A DNA stretch of 64,000 nt from Gracilinanus agilis (taxonomy: Eukaryota). Each line of letters opens with the position of its first letter. The stretch's first letter is position 1. The stretch is from assembly GCF_016433145.1 (NCBI RefSeq), contig NC_058135.1, positions 280,144,930 to 280,208,929 on the forward strand, read 5' to 3'. Position numbers and translations under genes: made by a program. The notes beneath the pieces are model-generated. The model had not been told where the DNA came from. It saw only the letters and a program-made list of their open reading frames with translations, and ran no database searches. This document shows, piece after piece, positions 1-11,539 of this stretch.

Positions 1-489
1 GTACATTGAGTTTTCTTGGGTCAAGATGACTAATTGTCTTAATGGAAATACATGGCAACCACTATCTTGATTACTTTTCTGAAATATATTGAGACTTTTC
101 TTTTTAGGTCAGCATGAGTACAACATCATTATCTGGCTACTCTTAAAGCAAAATAGAATTTGTGTATGTCGAGATTTTTCTCTTTTTCAGGCATTTGTTT
201 GTAGCATAAAAGAGTTTTATTCATTTTTGTTAGTTTTGGGGGGTTTTTTTTTAGTGTACTGTTCAGAAATGGGTCAGTTGCATTTGTTGTCCCACATGGA
301 CAGTACTACTTTTAAGAGCTCCCCTATGGCTGAATGGCTTGTAAAGAGCCATCTATATTTGGGTCTTTTTGTCCACATGAGATGATTCTACTCTCAAATT
401 TCAGAACTTAAAGAATGTCCTATAGTAATATCATGAATGAGAAAATGCAAAAAATATTCCACTTATATTTAATCCTTCATTTCTTTCAG

Positions 490-521
490 ATGCACAGAAA
501 AAATAGTGGCAACCGGTAAAG
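490..521 (+). CDS. ZFP91: ZFP91 coding exon 2 (exon 1 lies upstream, outside the window)
   Basis: ttctttcag|ATGCACAGAAAAAATAGTGGCAACCGGTAAAG|gtaaga. This 32-nt exon encodes CTEKIVATGK, matching human CIEKVTTDK with one extra codon. Its phase-1 end joins exon 3 as G+AT = Asp. Confidence 0.85.
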
Positions 522-1018
522 GTAAGACTTTATTACCCGTTCTCATTTACTTTGATTAATTTGTAAGAAGAGGGAAAGTGGTGTAATAATAATTCATTTT
601 CCATTTGAAGAGACCTTTGCTTATTAGTTGAAAAATATCCTTTGTGCTGTGGTGACTATTTGGTACTCTGCAAATTTGGAAAACTAATCTCTTGTGTGCC
701 ACTTTCCTTTTATAACCTATTTAAAGAATTATTACTCTTCTAATTGATATATTGGTTATCTTGACAATAATATAGACTGGAACTATAAATGTAGTTTGAG
801 GAATAAGGGAAGAAGATACCTTCATATCAGGCCAGTAAATACTATCCTTTTCTTTTATAAAGGGTTAACATAGTAGTTCTCTAAAATGTAATCTAAGGAC
901 CTCTTTTTTAGTAATGAGAAGTTTTAATTTCTAATACAGCAACTATGAATAGACATAATCTACATACACAAAAGCTCAAGCATTTATTACCTACTATTTC
1001 CAAGGAACTATTTTGGAC

Positions 1019-1022
<4 letters not shown>

Positions 1023-1052
<30 letters not shown>
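1023..1052. repeat. (TA)15 microsatellite
   Basis: Direct read. Confidence 0.95.
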
Positions 1053-1053
<1 letters not shown>

Positions 1054-3084
1054 CTAAAACACAAGCGAGGTAGTCACTGCCTTCAAGAAGCTTAAATAAT
1101 GGCTGACATAAAGTTTACAAAATGGGCAACTTGCATTATCTCACCTAATCTTCATAACAGTACTGAAAGTTAGATATTACAGGAAATTATCCTACTTTTT
1201 TTAAGATGAGAAACTGGAGAGGTTAATTGTCAAATACATATTAAATGTTTGCTATATGCCAGGTGCTGTATTATATAAAGACAAAAGTAAGACAAGCCCT
1301 TCAAGGAGTTTAAATGGTATCAGGAAGATAATATGCCCATAAATAAGTACATACACAATATTTACAAATGTATTAGCAGCTGTAGGGATCAGGAATATCT
1401 TCATGTAGAAAGTGATTTTGCAGAAAGTTTGAAGGAGACAAGATCCTCAAAGAGGGAAGGGAATATATTCCAACTATAGCCAGTGAAAAGTTATAGAGAT
1501 ATGGAGATAAAATTTCATGTGTAAGTAATAGGAAGACTAATTTTGCTAGACCAGAGAATTCAGAAGAGCATAATAAGATTAGAAAGACCGCAGAGAAAAG
1601 TGTACATTTTTGGCACATGGTGTCAAGCAAGAGCTCCATTTTTCCATTCTTTCTATGGCCAACTGACTTAATTTATTTCATTAGATTCTTCATATTTCTG
1701 GAAGTGGAATTTTTTCCCCTCCCCCTCAATAGGGGGAAGGTGAACAGATGATGATTGATTGATTCCAAAAAAAGAGTAAAGGTGTAAAAATAGACTATCA
1801 AATTTTAAAGTAATGCTAATGAACAAATTAGGTTGGAAAGATGCTATAATAAGGCAGGGTTCAGTTGTAAAGGACTTTAAAAATCAAACTATGGAGTTCT
1901 GCTTTGTACCCAGCGGCTACAAGAAAGCATTGGAGCCATTCTTGGTAAGTGAGTTAATAACCAAGTTCAGACTTTGATCATATCGAAGCTCCTCTTCATT
2001 TTAAGTCTGATGTTGCTTCTCCTTTAGGCATCCAATCATCTGTCCATAAGAACAAAATTTGAGCAAAGACTCCAACTTTTAAAGTGATACTTTATAATAT
2101 AGTTGATGATAGGTTTTACAAAAAAAGAAACACTCCTGCAAGATGAAGCTTTGGCCTGAGGCAGGAGAAAGACAACTGAATTTGCAATCATGGATCCTTT
2201 GAATCCTTGAGCAAGTGACAAAACTGCTAGGCCTCAGTGTCTTCCTGTATAAAATGATGAGATCACCTTTGGATCCATTCCAGTTCTAGATCTATGATTC
2301 TATAGTCCTATGATTTATTCCCCCCATTCATCATTTACTAGATACTTTTTAGTGTCAACCTTAATTGTTAAAGTATATTAAAATTATACTGTTTCTCTAA
2401 AACTGGAAAACCTATATGTTATGTGCTCATGTTGTACGTTAGCCTATTTTATTCAGCCTCTTTTTGGCAGCCAAGAATCCAAGAATAGTTTAGTTGGAGA
2501 TTAAACTTGCCTTTGCCCTGTTATTATCTGTTGAGTACAGTTCTGCAAATGTATTGATTGCCTGATGTGTATAGATCACTGTTCTATCCTCCCTGGGAGG
2601 CAGCAAGTTTAGATAAGGGAAGGCTCTTGTGCTAATGGTGCTCTAGGCTACACAGATAACACAGAATAGTAATATGGTAAATGTAAAGCAATTACAGTTT
2701 AAAGCTGAAAGCCTTCTCCAACTATCTTTATAACTTTTTTTACACTTACTGTCGCTGTTCAGTACTGTTCACATGTATAGAAACCCTTATATTCCCCCTT
2801 GATTTTATCTTGCTCGTTTTGGGATGGAAAGGCTTGACTACAAATGAAGAAAATATATTATGTCTCTTGTTCATGGCAACATTTGCAATGCCTTATGATA
2901 GGGAATAAAGAGAGAAATCACAGGGCAAGTACTTGAGCTGCAGTATCAACAGGCTCGGTGTTAACATGAATGTACCATCACAACTTAATAGTAACACAAT
3001 TGTATAGTAAGCATACACGATTCAAGTATTTCTCTCTAAACCAAGGGTTTGTTGTTCATTTGCAACTGACTGTGGCTTGGTGGA

Positions 3085-3250
3085 CTGTACTGTAGGTTTT
3101 CCTTGGCAGAGATACTGGAGTGGTTAGCTAATTTCTTCTCCATTGGATTAAGGCAATGGTCACATAACTAGTATCTGAGGCCAAATTTGCACCCACGTCT
3201 TCCTGACTCCAGGCCCAGCACTCTTTATCTGCTGAACTGTCTAACTGCCC
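3085..3250 (-). mobile_element. CORE-SINE (MAR1/MIR-like)
   Basis: ccttggcagagatactggagtgg...tcttcctgactccaggcccagc...ctgccc is the reverse complement of the marsupial CORE-SINE head and tail. Confidence 0.7.
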
Positions 3251-3400
3251 TCTAAATCAAATACTCCTCTAAATTTCTTCTTTGTCCAAGGATACCACCA
3301 TCTCCCCCCGGTTGTATCACACGGAGGGCCAGGGTCATGTAGCCAATCAGTTGATAATTCTTATGGGAGAACTGCCTCTACAACATCTGTTACATCTGTA

Positions 3401-4012
3401 TTGTGTAAATGAAATTAACTCTAGCCCATTCATAGTCAAAAATCTACTTACCCTAGGCATCTAGATTATATCATCCCCACCTCCCTCAGGGGGAGTGGAG
3501 ATAATTTAATCAAGTGACAATCTAGATTATATCATCCCCACCTCCCTCTAAGGGGAGTGGAGATAGTTAATCACACGTGACAATAAGTATCAAATCAAGA
3601 ACAAGGGACTGCCCTTTGGGCAGTCCAAATCAGTGTAGAGGCTGCCATTGGTCCACTTGAATTAGAGGCGGACCCACAGGAAATGACTAGAGACACTATC
3701 TCTTTAAATATGTGAGTTATAAGCTGGTGAAGTAAAGTTCCGGCTTTGGACTTGGTGCTGAAGGCCCTCCGCTGAGACCTCAGACTGCTTCTACTCTGAA
3801 TTGTCACGTGGGTAAGGCTGACTTCCTTGGCCTACCTTGGCGTTTCCAAACTCTGCCTTAAGTAGGCTTATAGCCTCTCTGATTTCTAAGGTCTTGTGGC
3901 TTGTAATCTAGTTTAATTAGTCTTTTAACCTTCAACTACCTTAAACGGGATCCTGACTTGGGTCTATTTTAATTATGGAATCAATCTGAATTGTTGATTC
4001 CTGGTGACCACA
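3401..4012 (+). mobile_element. Solo LTR (ERV/LTR-type), copy 1; may extend left to about 3283
   Basis: Ends in ...GACCACA, with TATA-like and AGTAAA elements inside. Homologous in inverted orientation to 30121-30691. No clear TSD seen. Confidence 0.7.
3460..3583 (+). repeat. Tandem duplication (61-nt and 63-nt units) inside LTR copy 1
   Basis: TCTAGATTATATCATCCCCACCTCCCTC...GTGACAA occurs at 3460-3520 and 3521-3583; copy 2 has one unit. Confidence 0.9.
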
Positions 4013-4192
4013 TTTTAAATACATATCTATAAATACCTAAAATCTCACTCTTAGTATCATCTTTATCTTTGTGCATATTGTTTTTCTTACCCAAAGGCCA
4101 GAACGTTTTTTTTTTTGTTTGTTTGTTTATATCCCTAGTATCTATCACTGTACCTGGAACGAACATAACGGTGCTTAAATATATGTTAAACT

Positions 4193-4345
4193 GGGGACAG
4201 ATGGCTCAGATTGAGAGTGAGACCTAGGACAGAAGGTCCTGGGTTCAAATGTGGCTTCATTTACTTCCTATCTATGTGACCTTACACGAATCCCTTAAAC
4301 CCCAATGTCTACCCCTTACCAGTCTTCTGCCTTGGAACCACAATA
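4193..4345 (+). mobile_element. SINE1_Mdo-like SINE (degraded)
   Basis: gaaggtcctgggttcaaat...cttctgccttggaacca. Confidence 0.75.
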
Positions 4346-5489
4346 AGAATTATTTTTAAAAGTACAGACTAAAAAACAACTTTGAGTTGTAAAAATGTGA
4401 CCATTTTCCTTGTTTTTAACATTGGAAAATTGCTTTTTGGCTCAGAGATAATCACTATTTTTCGTATTTAGTTTGGACTGAAGTATTCCATCCCTGTTGT
4501 TAAGGTTGTGATCTTTTTAAATTTTGGACAGATTTTTATGTTTACAAGGTGAGTATAGTGGAATTCTTTTAGCACATTTGAGGAATTTTTTAAGGCCCAA
4601 TATTATACATTTTAAGATGTTTTCCAATTTTTTAAAAATGTACCAAAGTGTGGGATTTTGAATTGAGAAAGAGGATTTAGATGTTAGTCCAATTTGCTCA
4701 CTTTACAGAAAAGGAAGCTTTCTCAGAAAAGTAAAATGAATTATCCAATCAGGTAATGAGTGACAACCAGGATTTAAATCAGAATCCTCTAACCCCAAAT
4801 CTCACTCTTTTAGCATTGTGCTATGTTGGCCCCCTCCCATTTTTCACAAGAGAATGCTGCTTTATCTTAATCCTATATGTTGATGTAATTTAAAAAAAAA
4901 CAACAGTATAACTTAGCCAACTTAACCTTGAACATGTGTGTAATAATGGAAATCTTTTTCCAATGCATTGCTTATAATTAAGATAAAAAAGTTTCTTCTG
5001 AGTACAGAATTGGAATGATAAGTAGCAAAAAGTATCATTTTCTTGCCTGCTTTAGTAGGTTCTACCTTTGGCAGAACCCCTGATACTTTGACCATGTTCT
5101 TCTCCCCACTCGTGCCTGTTTTCTTTTTGTTTTTTAAAGTATAGGAAATTTGACTTTGTAAGCCTAATTTACCCCTTTTAATGGAAGATAGCATCAAACT
5201 ACCAAAAGTTGTAATAAAAGTTTAACACTATTGGTATATCAAGGGCTAAACCACCATCATCTTTCAAGTATCAATACATTTTGTTTTGATGCAACACACT
5301 TCTCAGCAAGCACATACAATTGGGTACTTTTTGACGGAGGTCTGAACAAGCAGAGAAATTTTAACCAAAAAAAAAAAATAACAACTACAAAGACATTTGG
5401 TAATTTGTAGTCTTGGAGAATGGTATTTTCAATTTGTCTTGGTGTCATAGTTTTTATTTTATACTTTAAATAAAACTGTATAACCCGTT

Positions 5490-5900
5490 GGATCTGTTTC
5501 CCAAGATGATTAAGGAAAAAGGAAAAGAACCTATGTTTTTAAAATACTTATAGCTGCTCTCTTTGGGACAGCAAAGAACTGGAGATTGAGGGAATGCCAA
5601 TCAACTCGGGAATGGCTAGAAAAGTTGTGGTATGTGATTATGGTAGGATACTATTGCACTGTAAGAAAGGATGAGCAGATTCATTAACAAAAAAACATGG
5701 AAAAATCTGCATGAAATTATAAAAAGTGAAATGAGTAGAACCAAGAGAATGTTTGAAGAATAACTTATAAATGTCCACTGGACCTCCAGAGAAAAAAGTG
5801 ATGAATAGAAACACCAAAGACATAGTTCAAATAAACCTAATACCTTCTCTCTTGTGGGGAGGGGAGGGAGATATACCTGGGAATTTTGATGTAGCTAACA
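5490..5900 (+). mobile_element. L1 3' fragment
   Basis: Degraded ORF2 C-terminal/3' UTR sequence (gcaaagaactggagattgagggaatgcc...tggtatgtgattatgg), homologous to 27090-27300. Confidence 0.7.
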
Positions 5901-8900
5901 AATAAAAATAAAAAATGATGATGAGAATAATAATAGAAAAAATGATTTAAAGAGCTTAATAACTGACGGTCAGAGTTATTTCATGCCACAGCTAGAAATT
6001 GGTTTGGACTAGTGTTTAGAGTTTGAGCTAATTTTCAACTAGCATATAATCTGAGGTTATTAACTAAGTGTGTTGGCTTTTTAAAACAAATCAAATCATT
6101 ATTTTCTAAAATGCATGCTTTTCGGATTTATTTTTTAAAAATTTATTTTTCTGCCTCTTGTAAGATTTTGTTTTATTGTTTTTCATGTCACAGTTAATGT
6201 TATGGCTTTGCTACTTATTAAGGATGTGAATGGTAAGTCATTTGCCTCTGAACCTCAGGTCCACTCATGGAGTAAATGGAGGGGTTAGAACAGGTGATAA
6301 TTAAATTCCATCCAACTTCTGTGTTAAGCAAAGCTTGTCTTTCCTGTCAGTAGCAGAATTTTAATATCAGTCCTTTGCTTAACTTTATTAGTAATTGTCT
6401 TTTACTCTGGTTTTGGTTTTGATTCTACCTCCCTACAACTATCATCAGAAAAGCATGTGTACATATCCCATTCACCGAGTTACATTTTATCAGTTTATTC
6501 AAGTGGCCTCCTACCTAACATTGGTCACTTGCTTTTTGTTTATGTTTTCTGCCCTAAGGAAGGCATTAGGTAAAGAGGATACTGTTTTTGTGAACAAGTC
6601 TCTAGAATTATTATAAATATTATAATACAATTACTCATTATAAAAGTGAGTATCAAGTCACTCAGCTGAGGAGTGGAATGAGAGGTGGGAAGTACACTCA
6701 GTTCATTAAGATCCTAATTGAACTTCTTTTGGATCTTTTGGTCATCTTTTTGAGACCTCCACTTTCAACCTGCACAGGGAGCGATTTCAGAGCTTACTGT
6801 TTTCTGATCCTGCCTAACTGCCAGTTCAACTTCATTCAGTGCCAATTTCTAAACTTAATGGTTTTGAAGTCCCATCTTTGATATGTCCCTCCCTGTTCCA
6901 AGGCTTAGACTCCCCCCCCCAAGCAGATCCAGTCCTGCTGCTTACATAAACATATACTTAATCAAATGTGAAGTCTTCTAATAGTATATCAAATAATAAA
7001 TTCTATAAGAAATCATTTGAAAATAATAGCTTGTGTTCATGTATTAGATTCCTAGTTTTGGGGGGATTGGAGGGTGGGAGGTTATATATAATATACCTCT
7101 TTGGTGTGCTTAAAAGTTGCCTAATGGGGAAAGAGTATGCTTTATGGTGTAGTTTTTAGGAATACAGTGGAAGGAAAACTAGATTGTGGGGGTGAGGATT
7201 GGTTCCTTAGCTTCTTAAAGTTATAGGAAACTTTTTAATACTTGACTTAAGCAAAATTTATGATTTCTTTTAAATTATACTTTCATGTGTTTGGAGGGTT
7301 TATTTCATGAGTTTCAGAGCGTTAAAAATGTAGATACATAAAATAGCAAAATGAGTGTATGGCAGTGAAATCTTGTCTTTTGTCATTACCTTGTTTCTTT
7401 GAGGTCCATTGCCAATAAAGGAAATAACTCTTGAGTCCTATCGCCAGATAAGAGTAAGGCCAGAACAGTTCTCAGATCCAGGTTCTCACAAACTCTTATC
7501 CTTCACCAAGACACAGATTCCTGTGCACTCCCCCCACCCCAAACTTCTACCTCTGGAACCTCAGGAGAAATCATTTACTCCTATGATTTCAGCTATTGTA
7601 AATAAGTGGTTCAACTCCCACCCCAGGTCAGTTGTGTTCTGAAGTAAATGTGAGGAAGGTACTGCCCTTAGTTTCCCTTCTCTCCGTCCCTTACATCTGG
7701 CTCCTCCATCTTTATAAGCAAAAACCTGAGAAATGTTTGCAGCTTCTCTTCCTGGCATCCCAGCTGGCCTTTTTGTAGCTTCACAGCCATCATTCGTATG
7801 TGCAGAAGTAGTCTCCTTGGTCTCTCTTCCCTCACCATTATTCTAGTTAAGTTTAAACTGAACACTTAGAAATTCTACTAAAGATTTATAGTTTTGCTTC
7901 CTTGACACATTCTCAGACATCTTTTATCTTGTCTTGCTAACCCAAAGGCCTCAATATATTTTTATTATTTTTATTATCATGCAAAACATTTCCATATTGG
8001 TCACTGTTGTAAGAGCACACTCAAAACCAATACTCTGAAATAAAAAGCATAAATTACACACTGATGTAATGATTCTTGAGGATCTTCTACCTTGGTCACC
8101 CTTAAAACCCCTTCATGTTATGGTCCTCCAAGCCTTGTCTCTGGGGTCTTTCTCAGTAGTACCATCTCTTGGAACACATGATTCCTCATTATGCATCTTT
8201 TTTTAATATGTACTCCTACACAAAACTGGTTTGCATTTTATTCAGTCTTTTGCATTCAATGTGAGAAACAATAGATCTAGAGATAATATATTTCCCCCCT
8301 AATGTCATTACTCAACAACTAAAAAGAGGAAACAACTCTTTGAGTGTTTCATAGAGAATGTAAATATCTTAATCGATGTAGAGATATCTGACTATATATC
8401 TAATTTCCATAGCAGGAGGTTTGAACACCAGAGTCTCCCCAGCCATGGCTTTCATGAGCTATATTAGTAGTCTACTCTGATAAAAGACATTGCCTTTCTC
8501 TGGTTCTGAACACATTACCTCTCCAGTTTTCATTCTCTTGACCCTGCCAACGAGAACTCAACATTTGTCCATCTTCTGTATGGAAATATGGATTCTAGAT
8601 GAATGATGCCGAGTTATGATAACTTCAGAGAAGCATAACTTAATGGATAAAAGACCTGACTTAAGAACCAGAATGACTGCATGCAAGTCATTTAAACTCT
8701 TGATAATTCACTAAGATTATACATTGAAGACAAGGTGCCAACCTTTGGTGACTTCTATGGTAATGGACAAAGGCTCCTTTTCTGGAATTTTCAATCCTTA
8801 ACTGTAGAGGGTCTAATAAGAATAATTTAAGATGTTTTGCAAATAACATTTAGGAAGAGCATAGTAACAGCAACAAAGCATTGGCACAAATTACTGATAA

Positions 8901-9326
8901 AAGTCTATGGCAATACTCTACTCATTTTACCTTTCCTAAATGATTAATTCCCTAGAGGAGTTTAGTAGAAGAGTATTAAATGAAGAATTTTTCCCCCTTA
9001 GTTGAGCCAGTAAACTTTCATGTAACATAAAATTCCACCTGGTGATTTCTTTGCATAAATAACAGAAATATATCCAAGAAATTTCTCCCATTTTATATAG
9101 ACCTGTTTCACAGTCTTTCTATATTGGAGACGATATTTTTAAAAAATACTATTAATTGAAGCATTTTTAAATAGAAAAGTCCTAGGACATCAGGGATTAA
9201 TCATGTGTAGTAATTATAAATTTTGAAATTGTTTTGGAATCTTCATGTTCATGAAATTGCTATTTACAGCTGTTTTATGATAATAGCTAGCTTTTTTAAA
9301 TGAATATTTTACAGTGTGCAAAGTCC

Positions 9327-9528
9327 TTTTTTTAAAAACCCTTACCTTCTATCTTGGAATCAATACTGTGTGTTGGTTCCAAGGCAGAAGAGTGGTAAGG
9401 GCTAGGCAATGGGGGTCAAATGACTTTCCCAGGGTCACACAGCTGGGAAGTGTCTGAGGCCTGATTTGAACCTAGACCTCCTGTCTCTAGGCCTAACTCT
9501 CAATCCACTGAACTACCCAACAGCCCCC
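9327..9528 (-). mobile_element. SINE1_Mdo-like SINE, long tail
   Basis: Full-length reverse complement of the consensus seen elsewhere in the window. Confidence 0.9.
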
Positions 9529-10291
9529 ACAAAGTACTTTACAAATTGTTCATTTTAACCTCATGTTTGAAGCATTAAGCAATTCTGAAAGCCAAAGAAC
9601 CTAGAGATGGTCAAGCTTGCATTTTTCATCTACCTAACTGTGCATTATGCACTGCTGATCATATAATGCTTATGTATAGATTTGAATGAGTTCTATCAAA
9701 AACATTTGTACCTTGAGGGGACCATATGCCAGTTATTGGAATGAGACTTAAAAGATAATGTGATCAGAAGAAAATGTGACTAGTAAATGTATCTTAATGC
9801 AATTAAGATTTTTGCAAAAAGCTTGGATCTCCAAAGAATTTAGAATAGACCAGAAAAATACATTACTTTGACTTGTCTTCAGCCCAAGTCTGACCCAATT
9901 CCCCATCTCTCTACCTTTCTGCCCTTGCCACACAGCATCAACAGATTTACTCAACAGTTTAAGCATCTTTGCCTTTTGTATTTGGGAGTGAGGAGGGCAC
10001 AAAGCGGGATCTCCAAGGTATAACTTTTGGCAAACACAGACTATTATCATAAGAATATATAATGCATTAATATTTTTCTTACTCTTTGTACTTAACATTT
10101 ATTTTTAGGACAAATTCATTTGAAACAGTTAGCTTAATTCACCAAAAATAATGAAATCATCTAGCATCATCATTTTCTAGGGCAAAGGGATCAGTTTAGA
10201 TTATCAGCATAAGCTTTATGCAGCTATCTTAGGAATTCTGAGAGGTCCATTTAAATTGTGTGTGTGTGTGTTATTTTTTTAGAATATTTGA

Positions 10292-10480
10292 GCAACTAGG
10301 TGGCACAGTAGATTGACCGCCAGGCTAGAAATTAAGAAGACCTGGGCAACTCACTTAACACTGTTTGCCTCAATTTCCTCACCTGTAAAATGAGCTGGAG
10401 AAGGAAATGGCATACCCCCTAGTATCTTTGCCAAGAAAACCCTAAATGGGGTCATGAAGAGTCAAAAGACTGAAAGACAA
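10292..10480 (+). mobile_element. CORE-SINE (MAR1-like)
   Basis: gcaactaggtggcacagtag...gcctcaatttcctcacctgtaaaatgagctggagaaggaaatggc...ccaagaaaaccctaaatggggtca. Confidence 0.8.
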
Positions 10481-11323
10481 AACAATGTACTGAATATTAT
10501 AAGTGATGGAAGATCCACTTGCTTATACAGCTAGTTCTCTGAAATTTAATTACTTTTCTTATCTGTAAAAAAGTTAAAGAAAGGGGACTGGTAGAAGTAC
10601 TATAGAAAGATAAAACTATTCCCAATCACTTGATCTTTAATTGGTTTTCTGATCTTTGCTGTTCATACAACAAATAGTTGTACGCAGTCTTCTGCTGTCA
10701 CCTGGGAGAACAAGAATAAGACACGGTCTGCCCTCTTGGAGGTCACACATTATGTATCAAAGAGGAGATAAGGTGGGCGCACGAGGAACTGCAATGCAGA
10801 AGCGCAGTAAGTGGTACAGAGATCCATGGAAAGGGAGGGCAAGGAATCGGGGAAGACTTTGTGATGGTGCCATTTAAAGCCAAACTTTCTGCCTCCTCTA
10901 TCTTGGCTCTGGGTGCTCTCTGACTGTCCCACACACCAAGGATGCTCTCCCTCCTCTGCTCTAACAACCCACTTCTCTGGTTTCCCTTAAGTCCCAACTT
11001 ACAGAAAGCCTCCCCTAACGCATCTTATTCCACCGACCGCCTTCTCCTAATTATTTCCTATTCACCCTGTCTATAGCTTGCTTTGTATATATTTGTTTGC
11101 AATTGTCTCCCCCCACTAGGTTGTTAAGTTCCTTGAGGGGGCCTGAGTTTTCCCTGTTTTGAATCTCTAGTGCTTGACACTGTGTCTGGCACAGAGCAGG
11201 TGCCTAATAAAGGGTAGGAAGGAGGCTTGGGACAAGGCCTTCTGACTAAGGACAGGAAACTCCTGCCTTTAATGATGAGTGCATCAGTTGCAAAATAAAA
11301 TTATGTATAGGCTTGGGTTAGTT

Positions 11324-11539
11324 CAGTGATGGGCAGACTACAGCCTGTGGCCCAGATGCAGCCCCCTGAAATGTTCTATCCGGCTGCGTGACATTATTCC
11401 TAATCTGACAGATACAATGAGTAGGATACAATACAATGAAACTTTGAAAGAGTTGCCTTAGAAACAGCCTGACAAATGAGCATTTCCTTTCCTTTGCCCC
11501 CCACCCTCCCACCCCCCTTAAAACATTTGCCCATCACTG
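11324..11539. mobile_element. hAT (Charlie-type) MITE, 216 bp
   Basis: 14-bp terminal inverted repeats CAGTGATGGGCAGA / TTTGCCCATCACTG (one mismatch). Degenerate 8-bp TSD with central TA (GGTTAGTT / TGTTAGAG). Confidence 0.8.
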
